In this document: positions 25,702 to 35,714 of the stretch, in pieces | Layout of the letters: each line of letters starts with the position of its first letter | Numbering within the stretch: position 1 is the first letter of the stretch | From: an uncultured Gammaproteobacteria bacterium | Lineage (GTDB): Bacteria; Pseudomonadota; Gammaproteobacteria; Pseudomonadales; Azotimanducaceae | Reading direction: 5' to 3' | DNA: 64,000 nucleotides | Assembly: GCA_913060615.1 (NCBI GenBank) | Contig: CAJXUL010000001.1 | Span: 6,391 to 70,390, forward strand | Notes under the pieces: model-generated | Seen by the model: the letters and a program-made list of their open reading frames with translations, nothing else | The model's database searches: none | What the model was told of the DNA's origin: nothing | Program-made: the position numbers and the translations under genes

Positions 25702-26696
25702 AGGTTATGGCCGCCTAAATCGTTTGCATCAAATTGCGCGCCTTCTGGTAAAAAGCGCTGAAAACCATTAATTGCCGCGGCAGTATCCATCGGTAAGCCT
25801 TTACCCTTATTTATTCGAAGTCGTTGAATTTGCAGCTGCCCGATTCCGCATTGGATAATCAAGCGCCCTTTGCGTGCAATAAGCAAGGTGCCGGGCGCGA
25901 CAAGTGTCGAGGTACTAGAAAGTGCTGAGTCTGTTTCTGTTTCGTTCAACACGCTTGCCGCTAGCAGCTGAACCTCGACCTCAGGCAGTTTAGTTGTCAC
26001 AGGCATTCTGTCAGCAAGAGCGCGAATTTGACGCTCTATGTCTATGGCTGAACTTTGCCAGGAGATCTGTCTATCTTTGGCAGTGAGTTTAGACGCGTAG
26101 GTAATGCCGTCGTCACTTTGAGGTTGTACTTCCATTGGCAACTTTCCCAGCACATCAATAAGCAGTTCGGCGCCGTTGACAGCTAGCTGTTGCTCTAATT
26201 GCAGAACCGCAGTTTGCGCGGAAATAGGCAATTGTCGTTGAGCAAATATCGGCCCGGTATCTAAACCTTTTTCCATTTGCATAATGCCTACACCTGTCGT
26301 TGTATCGCCAGCCATGATGGCTCTTTCAATTGGCGCAGCGCCCCGCCAACGCGGCAACAGCGAGGCGTGAACATTAATACATCCATACTTGGGCAAGGTT
26401 AAAACGGTTGTCGGTAAAATAAGCCCGTAGGCTGCAACAATCAGAACGTCAGGATTAAACGCAGCAAGCGCGTCTAAGCTTTCTTGAGATTTGAAATTGA
26501 CAGGCTGTAAAAGCGGAATATTTGTTTCTTGTGCAAGGGTTTTAACTGGGTTCGCCTGTAACTTGCGACCCCTACCTTTGGGCCTATCCGGCTGAGTTAG
26601 TACCACTGTTGGTGCAAACGGTGAATCTTGTAGGCTTTGCAAAATACTTTTTGCGAACTCCGGGCTACCTGCAAACGCAGTGGTTAGGGTTGTCAC
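25698..26696 (-). CDS. fmt: Methionyl-tRNA formyltransferase
   Basis: TQPDRPKGRG, INVHASLLPRWRGAAPI, LDTGP. Confidence 0.98.
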   Translation of the reverse strand: MTTLTTAFAGSPEFAKSILQSLQDSPFAPTVVLTQPDRPKGRGRKLQANPVKTLAQETNIPLLQPVNFKSQESLDALAAFNPDVLIVAAYGLILPTTVLTLPKYGCINVHASLLPRWRGAAPIERAIMAGDTTTGVGIMQMEKGLDTGPIFAQRQLPISAQTAVLQLEQQLAVNGAELLIDVLGKLPMEVQPQSDDGITYASKLTAKDRQISWQSSAIDIERQIRALADRMPVTTKLPEVEVQLLAASVLNETETDSALSSTSTLVAPGTLLIARKGRLIIQCGIGQLQIQRLRINKGKGLPMDTAAAINGFQRFLPEGAQFDANDLGGHNL

Positions 26697-27193
26697 GCCT
26701 CTTCTTTACTTTGCTTAAGTTTTTTGTTGATCCGACTGCGCTTCAGGCTTGATAGGTAGTCAACGAAGAGCTTGCCCTCTAAATGGTCGCACTCGTGTTG
26801 TATGCAAATGGCAAGAATACCCGAGGCTTCCATTGTGAACTCTTTGCCGGTGACGTCTTGAGCTGAAACCTCAATATGCTCGGAGCGTTGTACGGTTTCA
26901 TATATTCCGGGTACTGAGAGGCAGCCTTCTTCCCATGGAATATTTGCACCGATCAGCTTTAATGTTGGGTTGATCAGTATAAAAGGCTCGTCATTGTCTT
27001 CTGAAACATCAACGACGATTAACCGTTGATGCACATTAACTTGCGTTGCTGCTAGGCCAATTCCCGGCGCGTCATACATTGTTTCCAGCATATTTGCCGC
27101 AAGAGTTGCCACTTCAGGTGAAAACTCAGTGATCGCCTTAGCTTTTGTGCGTAAGCGTGGATCTGGATGATGCAAAATGTGAAGCCGTGACAT
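26693..27193 (-). CDS. def: Peptide deformylase
   Basis: GIGLAATQ, EGCLS, QHECDHL. Confidence 0.98.
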   Translation of the reverse strand: MSRLHILHHPDPRLRTKAKAITEFSPEVATLAANMLETMYDAPGIGLAATQVNVHQRLIVVDVSEDNDEPFILINPTLKLIGANIPWEEGCLSVPGIYETVQRSEHIEVSAQDVTGKEFTMEASGILAICIQHECDHLEGKLFVDYLSSLKRSRINKKLKQSKEEA

Positions 27194-27500
27194 GAGTTAG
27201 CTAAAGCCTTGTTAAATAAAGGCGGCAGTATAGCGCCTCCGCAGAAGGATACCGATACTTTGCGGGGCAATTACTGACCCCAAATGTGGCTAATTTCTTA
27301 TGCGTTGCTTGGAAATGGCTGATTTCCGGTTAACGTCGCAGAGTGCACCCTACCTTGAGATTGCAATTTTTCGCTAACTACATTGCCGATGGAGCCTTTT
27401 ATAGGCCTGATATAGGCCTGATTTTTCTATAGACAGTCCTTCTACAGGTAGTCTTTCTATAAAACATTCCTTATAAACGGGACCTCTTTAAAAATGTCCG

Positions 27501-27540
27501 TAGATAAGTAGATAAGTAGATAAGTAGATAAGTAGATAGA
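27501..27540. repeat. 8-bp tandem repeat (TAGATAAG)x4 plus a partial copy
   Basis: Read directly in the def-dprA intergenic region. Confidence 0.95.
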
Positions 27541-27632
27541 TAAATAAATAGAAACGCTCACCCCAATGAAATTCAGCACTATGAGGCTTTAACAAAAACT
27601 CGATTTACCAAACAAGCTTAGGGAGTAGAGGT

Positions 27633-28811
27633 TTGACAAGTAACAATGCACTGCGTCTTTGTGAGCTTTTAGTGAGTTGGCCCCGCCATGTGATCAACAC
27701 TTGGCTGTTTTCAAAAGATGCACCTAGCACGCTGTTGGCATCATCAGAGCATCCTCCAACGACATTGAGGCGAAGGAAAAACTTAGATGGCTTTTTATCA
27801 ACCCTTGGCCGCGACAAGACGCAAATTATTTGTATTTTAGACGACGAATTTCCACCGTTGCTAAAGATGATACCGGACCCTCCTCTGATACTTTTTTACC
27901 TAGGAGCCCCCAGCATGTTCGCCAAACGGTCCATTGCCATTGTGGGCGCGCGTAAATGCACAACGGTGGGGAAGCTAGTTGCGGAAAAATTGGCCGCAGA
28001 CTTAGCTGAGCTTGGTATTTGTACTATTAGCGGTCTTGCCTACGGCATAGATGCTGCGGCCCATAGGGGCGCGCTCTCAAGAGCCGGGGGTTGTACCGCT
28101 GCTTTTCTTGGCGCGGGCCTTGGCCACATTTACCCCCGTCAGAACAAATACCTCGGGGAAAAAATAGTCGCGGAAGGCGGTGCCTTGCTTAGCGAGTACC
28201 CCCACCAAACCCAGCCGCGTCCCTATCAATTTCCAGAAAGAAATCGACTAATAAGTGGTTCTGCTTGGGCAACCATTATGGTGGAAGCGGGTGAACAAAG
28301 TGGTTCTTTGATTACTGCGCGTATGGCACTAGAGCAAGGGCGTGAAGTTTTTGCGGTACCTGGCTCGCCACTCAGTGAGGTGAGTAAGGGGTGTCATAGA
28401 ATGATTCGACAAGGCGCGGGGTTGGTCACCAACGCCGAAGAAGTTGTGGAGGAAATGGGTTGGGTAACCTCAGCAAAAGAAAATGCTGCAAGCACATTAG
28501 CGCCAGCCACCATTGACATAAATTCAGACGCGAACTTAGAAAAAACACAGAGTTTGAAGTTACCAGAAGCAGGACCCACTGAAGGTAAAGATAAAAACAC
28601 TACAAACAATGCTTCGACAGCTCAGCCAAATCCACAACTCAGCGCAGTAGGTCAACGCGTGCTCAATGTTCTAAGTCCCTATGGCATGAGCCTAGATGAA
28701 ATATCTCTAGTTTGTATTGACGCCCCCCAAGATATTAGTCAAAGCTTAGTAGAATTACAGCTTGCAGGGTTTGTTCGGCAGGGCTTAGGCGGGTATATTC
28801 GCGTTTCATAA
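27633..28811 (+). CDS. dprA: DNA processing protein DprA/Smf
   Basis: AIVGARK, ISGLAYGIDAAAH, FPERNRLISG, SGSLITA, FAVPG and a C-terminal winged helix; start uncertain. Confidence 0.95.
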   Translation: MTSNNALRLCELLVSWPRHVINTWLFSKDAPSTLLASSEHPPTTLRRRKNLDGFLSTLGRDKTQIICILDDEFPPLLKMIPDPPLILFYLGAPSMFAKRSIAIVGARKCTTVGKLVAEKLAADLAELGICTISGLAYGIDAAAHRGALSRAGGCTAAFLGAGLGHIYPRQNKYLGEKIVAEGGALLSEYPHQTQPRPYQFPERNRLISGSAWATIMVEAGEQSGSLITARMALEQGREVFAVPGSPLSEVSKGCHRMIRQGAGLVTNAEEVVEEMGWVTSAKENAASTLAPATIDINSDANLEKTQSLKLPEAGPTEGKDKNTTNNASTAQPNPQLSAVGQRVLNVLSPYGMSLDEISLVCIDAPQDISQSLVELQLAGFVRQGLGGYIRVS

Positions 28812-28828
28812 TTAATAGGATAAAAGAC

Positions 28829-29329
28829 ATGTCTTGGGTTGCAGTTTTAATGGGTTCCGAATCAGATTGGCCGGTCATGCAAGCGACTACTTCAATGTTA
28901 GATACTTTAGGTATCAAGTTTGAGGTGCGTGTAACCAGCGCTCATCGAACGCCTCAAGGTACAGCAGATTATGTTGCAGATGCTGAACATCGCGGTTGTA
29001 GAGTTTTCATCTGTGCTGCAGGTATGGCCGCGCATTTAGCCGGCGCAGTAGCCGCTCACACCCAACGACCTGTTATTGGCGTGCCTATTGATAGCGGCCC
29101 ACTTCAGGGTTTTGACGCGTTATTATCCACAGTGCAAATGCCGGGCGGAATTCCTGTTGCGACTGTTGCTGTAGGCAAAGCAGGGGCAAAAAATGCCGCT
29201 TACTTGGCCGCGCAGATGTTGGCCATTGCTAACGATGATTTGCACAAAGTAGTTGTTGCAGATCGAAGCGCTAATAGAGAAAAAGTCGAAGCGCAAAATG
29301 CTTCAGTGCAGCAATCGCTTAACCCTTGA
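28829..29329 (+). CDS. purE: N5-CAIR mutase
   Basis: MGSESD, SAHRTP, AGMAAHLAG, STVQMPGGIPV. Confidence 0.97.
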   Translation: MSWVAVLMGSESDWPVMQATTSMLDTLGIKFEVRVTSAHRTPQGTADYVADAEHRGCRVFICAAGMAAHLAGAVAAHTQRPVIGVPIDSGPLQGFDALLSTVQMPGGIPVATVAVGKAGAKNAAYLAAQMLAIANDDLHKVVVADRSANREKVEAQNASVQQSLNP

Positions 29330-29874
29330 GTGATATCACAGATGCCGTTAGCGTTTTGCAACGTGGCGGTGTCTTGGCTCATGCTACAGAAGGTGTATGG
29401 GGGCTCGCCTGCGATCCATTGAATTACTCGGCAGTGCAGCGAATTTTAAATATCAAGGCGCGCTCCGAAGATAAAGGTCTGTTGCTCTTAGGGGCCTCAT
29501 CCAATTTTTTTGCGGCACAATTAAAAGTGCTCAATGACACCGATCGCCAGCGCATAGAAAACAGTTGGCCCGGCCACGTCACTTGGATTTTGCCTGATAC
29601 GGAGTACCCGTCTTGGGTCAGTGGTGGCCGACCAACGATTGCCTGTCGCGTGCCCGACCACGCCCAAGCAAGGGCGATTGCCGAAAAAATGGGCCGCCCA
29701 ATAGTTTCTACCTCGCTGAATTTGGCCGGTGAACAACCGCTTAAGATCTATGCAGATGCAGTGGCGCAATTTGCGCAGCTGGTGGATCTGGTCCTGCCCG
29801 GCGAAATTGGCGACGCTCAAGGGCCGAGCAAAATATTGCAACTTGAAGGTACCGGTACTCAAACACTGAGGTGA
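29326..29874 (+). CDS. tsaC: Threonylcarbamoyl-AMP synthase (TsaC/YrdC)
   Basis: TEGVWGLACDP, IKARSEDKG, STSLN. Confidence 0.92.
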   Translation: MSDITDAVSVLQRGGVLAHATEGVWGLACDPLNYSAVQRILNIKARSEDKGLLLLGASSNFFAAQLKVLNDTDRQRIENSWPGHVTWILPDTEYPSWVSGGRPTIACRVPDHAQARAIAEKMGRPIVSTSLNLAGEQPLKIYADAVAQFAQLVDLVLPGEIGDAQGPSKILQLEGTGTQTLR

Positions 29875-30109
29875 GCGCCGCGAGATGGTGTTCACCATGG
29901 CAGCGTCGACCTAGCCTGTGTTGATCTTAGCTGAGTTCCTTGAGGTTTTGTCCGCAAATACAATCAGTTAGTTAAACGCCGGTAATTCCGATATGGTGGC
30001 CACCACCACATCCTAGTTTATGTACGAGGATGCAATGAGCCATTAGTCTCTGACTTCACTAAGGTCGTAGCCTCGGGATAGAGAACTTATGACTGTTTGG
30101 ATATAGCGC

Positions 30110-30901
30110 ATGGATGTAAATCTTATAGCTCGTGTTTGTGAGACCTATGCCTACCATGGACAACTGGGCCTTCGACAATTCAATCTTTCTCATTGCGCCA
30201 TGGTGGTTGATAGCGCCAACCCTAATGTCTGGTCGTCAAACAAAGCATATGCGGTTGCCGCCAGTGGGCCAGACGAGGTTGAACTTCTCTTCAGTGAGCT
30301 TTCCGCTGCATTTCAACACGCCGATTATCATCACTTCATAATTGATCCGCTGACACCGACCCTATTTGAGGCGGAGTTAGTGGTTAGAGGATTTGTTGAG
30401 CTGGAGGCTACGCTACAAATGGTTCGCACGAATCCGGCTAAGTTGGCGCTGCGACCAGATCTTGAGATTCTGCCTGTGCAAACGCAATCCGATTGGGCTC
30501 TGCTTTTGCAATTAGTTCTAGCAGATCATGCTGAAGGTGCGCGCACTCGTGGTGCTTTGTCTAACACCGTTTCCGTGGGAATCGTTGCAGGCTATCGGGC
30601 TAAAGCGCCCAGCTGCCAGTTTTTCCTAGGTTACCAAGACGCTCAAGTGGTGGCGTGTGGGTCAGGCACTGTATGCGACAATGGCATGGGTATGGTTGAA
30701 GACCTTTTTTCTTTGCCAGCCCACAGAGGGCGAGGTATTGCTTCAAGTATTATTGAGCACTGTGTTGCGCACTGCGGTGAACTTGGAGCCAAGGATTTTC
30801 TTATCGGCAGTCACGTATCTGCGCCACCGAAAAAGCTCTATCGCCGGCTCGGATTCCAGCCGGTATGTGTAACCCGCGAATATTTCAGAAAATATAGATA
30901 A
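30110..30901 (+). CDS. GNAT-family acetyltransferase
   Basis: C-terminal acetyl-CoA motif HRGRGIA and LYRRLGF; N-terminal half unassigned. Confidence 0.8.
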   Translation: MDVNLIARVCETYAYHGQLGLRQFNLSHCAMVVDSANPNVWSSNKAYAVAASGPDEVELLFSELSAAFQHADYHHFIIDPLTPTLFEAELVVRGFVELEATLQMVRTNPAKLALRPDLEILPVQTQSDWALLLQLVLADHAEGARTRGALSNTVSVGIVAGYRAKAPSCQFFLGYQDAQVVACGSGTVCDNGMGMVEDLFSLPAHRGRGIASSIIEHCVAHCGELGAKDFLIGSHVSAPPKKLYRRLGFQPVCVTREYFRKYR

Positions 30902-31133
30902 TGAAAAGGTAGGCGCTAATTGAAAGCGTTAAACCTTTGCCAGTCAGCGCAGTTACTAAGGCGGCTTTGTCGAGTGACGCAATTAAATATGACGCAGCTC
31001 ATCCGGAAAAAGATGAATGCTCGTGTTGCGGTGTTCTATGATCGCGTAAGATATTGCAATGGAGCGAGATAAGAACTGTTGATTAAAAGTGCTCTAACCT
31101 CAAAAGAGAAGAACAGAACAGAAAAGGAAGTAT

Positions 31134-31973
31134 ATGGATCGCTATTGTGTGATCGGCAATCCCATTGACCATTCATTGTCGCCGCAAATTCATCAGGAGT
31201 TTGCATTACAGACAGGGGAGCTGCTGACTTACGAAAAAGTGCAGGTAGAGCTGACAGGTTTTGCCGAGTTTCTCAAAGACTTTGTTCACTCAGGCGGTAG
31301 TGGCCTAAACATAACCGTGCCCTTCAAAGTTGAAGCCTTCAACGGTGCGACGCAACTGCATGAACTCGCAAACATTGCCAATGCAGTAAATACGCTCTCC
31401 ATAGAGGGAGAGGACATTATTGGCTTTAACACAGATGGCCTTGGTTTTATCCGCGATTTAACTCAGCGACATGGTTTTGATCTTACTGGTAAATCTGTAC
31501 TTATTTTGGGTGCCGGTGGTGCCTGCCGGGGCATCATTGAACCGCTGCTGAGCACAAATCCCGCCCAAGTCACTATTGCAAACCGTACCCTGGCTAATGC
31601 TCAGGCGTTGTGCGACTTGTTTTCCGGCCGGCAGCGTCACGACAGTCTAAGGTGTGTAGATCTTTCGGTGTTGGCTGAGAGCGATGCCGGAACCTATGAT
31701 CTAGTAGTGAACAGTACATCATTAGGTCTGTCCGCAGATGGCGTTGATTTACCAGCTAGTTTGGCGAAGGGGTCGTTTTGTTATGACATGAGCTATGGTG
31801 ACAAAGCGGCATTTGCAGGCTGGGCCAAAGAGCAAGGCGCGCTCCACAGTGTGGATGGACTTGGCATGTTGGTGGAGCAGGCCGCTGAGAGTTTTAATAT
31901 TTGGCGTGGTGTTATGCCCCGTACCGAGAAAATATACCAAAGCTTAAAAAAGCAAGTAGGAGCTCAGGTTTGA
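31134..31973 (+). CDS. aroE: Shikimate dehydrogenase
   Basis: HSLSPQIH, NITVPFK, AVNT, NTDG, GAGGA, GMLVEQA. Confidence 0.97.
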   Translation: MDRYCVIGNPIDHSLSPQIHQEFALQTGELLTYEKVQVELTGFAEFLKDFVHSGGSGLNITVPFKVEAFNGATQLHELANIANAVNTLSIEGEDIIGFNTDGLGFIRDLTQRHGFDLTGKSVLILGAGGACRGIIEPLLSTNPAQVTIANRTLANAQALCDLFSGRQRHDSLRCVDLSVLAESDAGTYDLVVNSTSLGLSADGVDLPASLAKGSFCYDMSYGDKAAFAGWAKEQGALHSVDGLGMLVEQAAESFNIWRGVMPRTEKIYQSLKKQVGAQV

Positions 31974-32257
31974 AAAAGACAAAGCGCTTTGTTTCCGGGG
32001 CTGTGTGCCCGGAATGTCGAGAATTAGATCGAATAGTACTTGAAGCGGTGCCACTTGATTCCACTGAGGAAGAGGAGGGCGAAACAAGCAACGAAGTTCA
32101 GCGGCGCTGCGTGAGTTGTGGCTTTACTGAAATAATGGAGTCGGAAGCGCCTGCGAGTGGTGTTGTATTACCCCGAGCAAGGTTTGAACGAAATAGAGCA
32201 CCAGATGTGAAACCGCAAGTGGTGCGATTGATGGACCCCAGTTCGCCGAAAACATGA
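31970..32257 (+). CDS. YheV-like zinc-ribbon protein
   Basis: KRFVSGAVCPEC...CVSCG. TTG start overlapping the aroE stop is preferred over the ORF-track start at 31901. Confidence 0.8.
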   Translation: MKKTKRFVSGAVCPECRELDRIVLEAVPLDSTEEEEGETSNEVQRRCVSCGFTEIMESEAPASGVVLPRARFERNRAPDVKPQVVRLMDPSSPKT

Positions 32258-32412
32258 AAAGGCGTGAAGAGACCTAGATTGAGCTGAAGGTGCATAGCTT
32301 GTCATTGCTCCGATCTTTTGCTTTTCATAGGCTTACATAGCTTTTGTCTAAGAACTTTTAGCTTGTTGTACCCATCAAAAATCAAAGTTCGAGTTGCTCT
32401 AAGGCAATGAAT

Positions 32413-32421
32413 TGCTATAAT
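32413..32421 (+). promoter_or_regulatory. Extended -10 promoter element
   Basis: TGcTATAAT, about 520 bp upstream of the coxB start; a second TATAAT lies at 32740-32745. Confidence 0.55.
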
Positions 32422-32942
32422 CTCGCCCCGCTTGTGGGACTTGTATCTCACATAGCAACAGTATTACGCCCTAGCGTCGTATTAATAGCGTCAAAAGATC
32501 AGTAATCGCCGCCCTTCTGAGGTGTTTACGTTGACTATTTAATTGACTAGAGATGTCGGTAGGCAGCTGTCGCTTAGCGCCCAGAGCTTGAAGAGCTTAA
32601 AGGTCCTGTAGAGAAAATTTGTCGCCAACACTGCCCAGCGTTAGGGCTTAGTAGGGCTTATGGCATTGGCCTCACAAATGTCGACCGCTCAGTCGAAGAC
32701 ACCTTTAGCGGAAGGTGCGTTTAAGAGGTGAGTGGCCCGTATAATCGCGCAAATAGTGCATGAGTATTACCTCGGGCGTATTCGAAGAATACAAAAGCTA
32801 TGAAAGGCTTAAAGGGCGCAGCAGAAAGCGTGCCTGCAGATAAAATTAAAAATAGGTTGTTGGTCTTACTAGGTGGTTGCCGCCGAAAATGCTGACAATG
32901 TGTTTAATACGTACTTTAGAACTGAAAGTGAGACAGAGCAGA

Positions 32943-34076
32943 ATGAAAAATCAGATTTTGCGGATGCTACCCGGCGCCGTAGCCTTGTTGGCTTCAGGCG
33001 CGGCCATAGCAGACGAACTGAACATGCGCGTTGGCGTTACCGACATCAGTCGCCAAGTGTATGACCTGCACATGACAATTTTTTATATCTGTGTGGCCAT
33101 TGGCGTGGTCGTATTTGGTGTGCTCTTTTGGTCAGTTTTTCGTCATCGCAAGTCGCTGGGTGCAGTGCCAGCAACATTCCACGAAAGCACAAAAATGGAA
33201 TTGGCTTGGACTATTGTTCCAACTCTGATCCTTATCGTGATGGCTATTCCAGCAACTAAGGTGCTGGTCGCCATGTACGACACAGGTGGCGAAGACATGA
33301 ATATTGAAGTTCGTGGCTACCAGTGGAAATGGCAGTATAAGTATCTGGACGAAGACTATAATAATTCATTCTCGTTCTTTTCTAATTTGGCGACACCTAA
33401 GTCGCAAATTAAAAATCGGTCTGTAAAAACTGATAATTATCTATTAGAAGTGGACGAGCACTTAAGAATTCCAATCAATCGCAAAGTACGTTTCTTGGTC
33501 ACCTCCGAAGACGTAATTCATGCGTGGTGGGTGCCTGATTTTGGTATCAAACGTGACGCGGTACCCGGCATGCTCAACGAGCTTTGGGCGATTGTAGAAG
33601 AGCCGGGTATTTATCGAGGTCAATGCACCGAGCTATGTGGCAAAGACCACGGCTTTATGCCAATTGTTGTCGAAGCGATGCCTGAAGCAGAATTCGACGC
33701 CTGGTATGCAACAAAAGTTTCTTCCGAAGTTGTGCGTCAAGAAAGCATGACAAAGACATTTACGCATGATGAACTTATGGTTCAAGGCGAAGGCATATAC
33801 GGCACATATTGCTCTTCGTGTCATATGGCTAATGGCGAAGGCGTACCTCCGGTATTCCCAGCTATTGCAGGATCAACCGTCGCTATGGGTCCCCGAGACG
33901 ATCACTTAAGCTTAGTGATTAACGGTGTAGCAGGCAGTGCAATGCAAGCATTTGGCAAGCAGCTAGACGCAGTTCAGCTAGCGTCAGTAGTGCACTACCA
34001 GCGCCACGCATTCGGTAATGATGCTGGGGATATTTCCCAGCCTCAAGACGTTATCAATTTATCTAACGGTCAGTAA
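32943..34076 (+). CDS. coxB: Cytochrome c oxidase subunit II with C-terminal cytochrome c domain
   Basis: CuA motif CTELCGKDHGFM and heme motif CSSCH. Start placed at ATG 32943, just before the signal peptide. Confidence 0.96.
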   Translation: MKNQILRMLPGAVALLASGAAIADELNMRVGVTDISRQVYDLHMTIFYICVAIGVVVFGVLFWSVFRHRKSLGAVPATFHESTKMELAWTIVPTLILIVMAIPATKVLVAMYDTGGEDMNIEVRGYQWKWQYKYLDEDYNNSFSFFSNLATPKSQIKNRSVKTDNYLLEVDEHLRIPINRKVRFLVTSEDVIHAWWVPDFGIKRDAVPGMLNELWAIVEEPGIYRGQCTELCGKDHGFMPIVVEAMPEAEFDAWYATKVSSEVVRQESMTKTFTHDELMVQGEGIYGTYCSSCHMANGEGVPPVFPAIAGSTVAMGPRDDHLSLVINGVAGSAMQAFGKQLDAVQLASVVHYQRHAFGNDAGDISQPQDVINLSNGQ

Positions 34077-34085
34077 GGAATAGGC

Positions 34086-35690
34086 ATGAGCGAAGTTATT
34101 CACGCAGATCATCACGACGACCACGCACACGGCCCCGCTAAGGGAATGTTGCGATGGCTATATACCACCAACCACAAAGACATTGGTACGCTATACCTAT
34201 GGTTTAGCTTTGCTATGTTTTTGATCGGCGGTGTAATGGCTTTGGTTATTCGTACCGAGCTGTTTCAACCCGGTCTGCAATTTATAGAGCCAGAGTTTTT
34301 CAATCAGATGACCACCAACCATGGTTTGATCATGGTTTTTGGTGCCATTATGCCGGCCTTCGTAGGTTTGGCTAACTGGTTGATTCCAATGCAAGTTGGC
34401 GCACCTGATATGGCGCTACCTAGAATGAACAACCTGTCATTCTGGATTCTACCTTTTGCTTTCAGCATGATGATTTCCACATTGTTTATGGAAGGCGGCG
34501 GCCCTAACTTCGGTTGGACGTTCTATGCACCGTTGTCCACGACATATGCGCCAGATTCAGTCACTTACTTTATCTTCGCAGTGCACTTAATGGGTGCATC
34601 TTCCATCATGGGCAGCATCAATATCATCGCAACCATCTTAAACATGCGTGCGCCTGGCATGACCTTGATGAAAATGCCTATGTTCGTATGGACATGGTTG
34701 ATAACGGCATATCTTTTGATTGCGGTAATGCCTGTATTGGCTGGCGCGGTAACCATGATGTTGTTCGACATTCACTTCAACACCAGCTTCTTTAATGCAG
34801 CGGGTGGTGGCGACCCAGTGATGTTCCAGCATATTTTCTGGTTCTTCGGCCATCCTGAAGTTTACATCATGATTTTGCCTGCATTTGGTATTGTCTCGCA
34901 CATCATCCCAACCTTTGCGCGCAAGCAATTGTTCGGTTACACCTCAATGGTTTATGCGGTTGCATCAATTGCGTTCTTGTCCTTCATTGTTTGGGCTCAC
35001 CATATGTTCACCGTAGGCATGCCGTTAGCTGGCCAGTTGTTCTTTATGTACAGCACCATGCTTATTGCAGTACCTACCGGCGTTAAGGTCTTTAACTGGA
35101 TTTCAACGATGTGGCGCGGCTCCATGACATTTGAAACACCAATGTTGTTTGCCATTGCCTTTGTTGTGCTTTTCACTATTGGTGGACTTTCTGGTCTGAT
35201 GTTGGCAATTACGCCAGCGGACTACCAGTACCACGACACCTACTTTGTAGTTGCGCACTTCCATTACGTGCTTGTACCGGGTGCTTTGTTCTCCATCATT
35301 GCCGCAGTCTACTTTTGGATTCCAAAGTGGACCGGCAAAATGTACGATGAATCTCTAGGTAAGCTGCACTTCTGGCTGTCGTTTATTGGGGTTAACGTAA
35401 CGTTCTTCCCACAGCATTTCTCAGGTCTAGCAGGGATGCCGCGTCGTATTCCCGACTACGCTCTACAATTTGCTGACTTTAATATGATCTCGAGCATTGG
35501 TGCGTTTATCTTCGGATTCTCTCAAGTGTTCTTCCTCTACGTATTGATTAAAACAATACGCAGCGGTGCACCTGCGAAAGGTCGTTCTTGGGAAGGCGCT
35601 AAAGGATTGGAATGGACACTACCATCTCCTGCTCCTTACCATAGCTTCACTTACCCACCAGAAGTGAAAAACGAAGAGGTACACGGCTAG
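34086..35690 (+). CDS. coxA: Cytochrome c oxidase subunit I (A1 type)
   Basis: FGHPEVY, WAHHM, AHFHY. Confidence 0.99.
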   Translation: MSEVIHADHHDDHAHGPAKGMLRWLYTTNHKDIGTLYLWFSFAMFLIGGVMALVIRTELFQPGLQFIEPEFFNQMTTNHGLIMVFGAIMPAFVGLANWLIPMQVGAPDMALPRMNNLSFWILPFAFSMMISTLFMEGGGPNFGWTFYAPLSTTYAPDSVTYFIFAVHLMGASSIMGSINIIATILNMRAPGMTLMKMPMFVWTWLITAYLLIAVMPVLAGAVTMMLFDIHFNTSFFNAAGGGDPVMFQHIFWFFGHPEVYIMILPAFGIVSHIIPTFARKQLFGYTSMVYAVASIAFLSFIVWAHHMFTVGMPLAGQLFFMYSTMLIAVPTGVKVFNWISTMWRGSMTFETPMLFAIAFVVLFTIGGLSGLMLAITPADYQYHDTYFVVAHFHYVLVPGALFSIIAAVYFWIPKWTGKMYDESLGKLHFWLSFIGVNVTFFPQHFSGLAGMPRRIPDYALQFADFNMISSIGAFIFGFSQVFFLYVLIKTIRSGAPAKGRSWEGAKGLEWTLPSPAPYHSFTYPPEVKNEEVHG

Positions 35691-35714
35691 TCGATTATTG
35701 ACTGGCTAATACAT

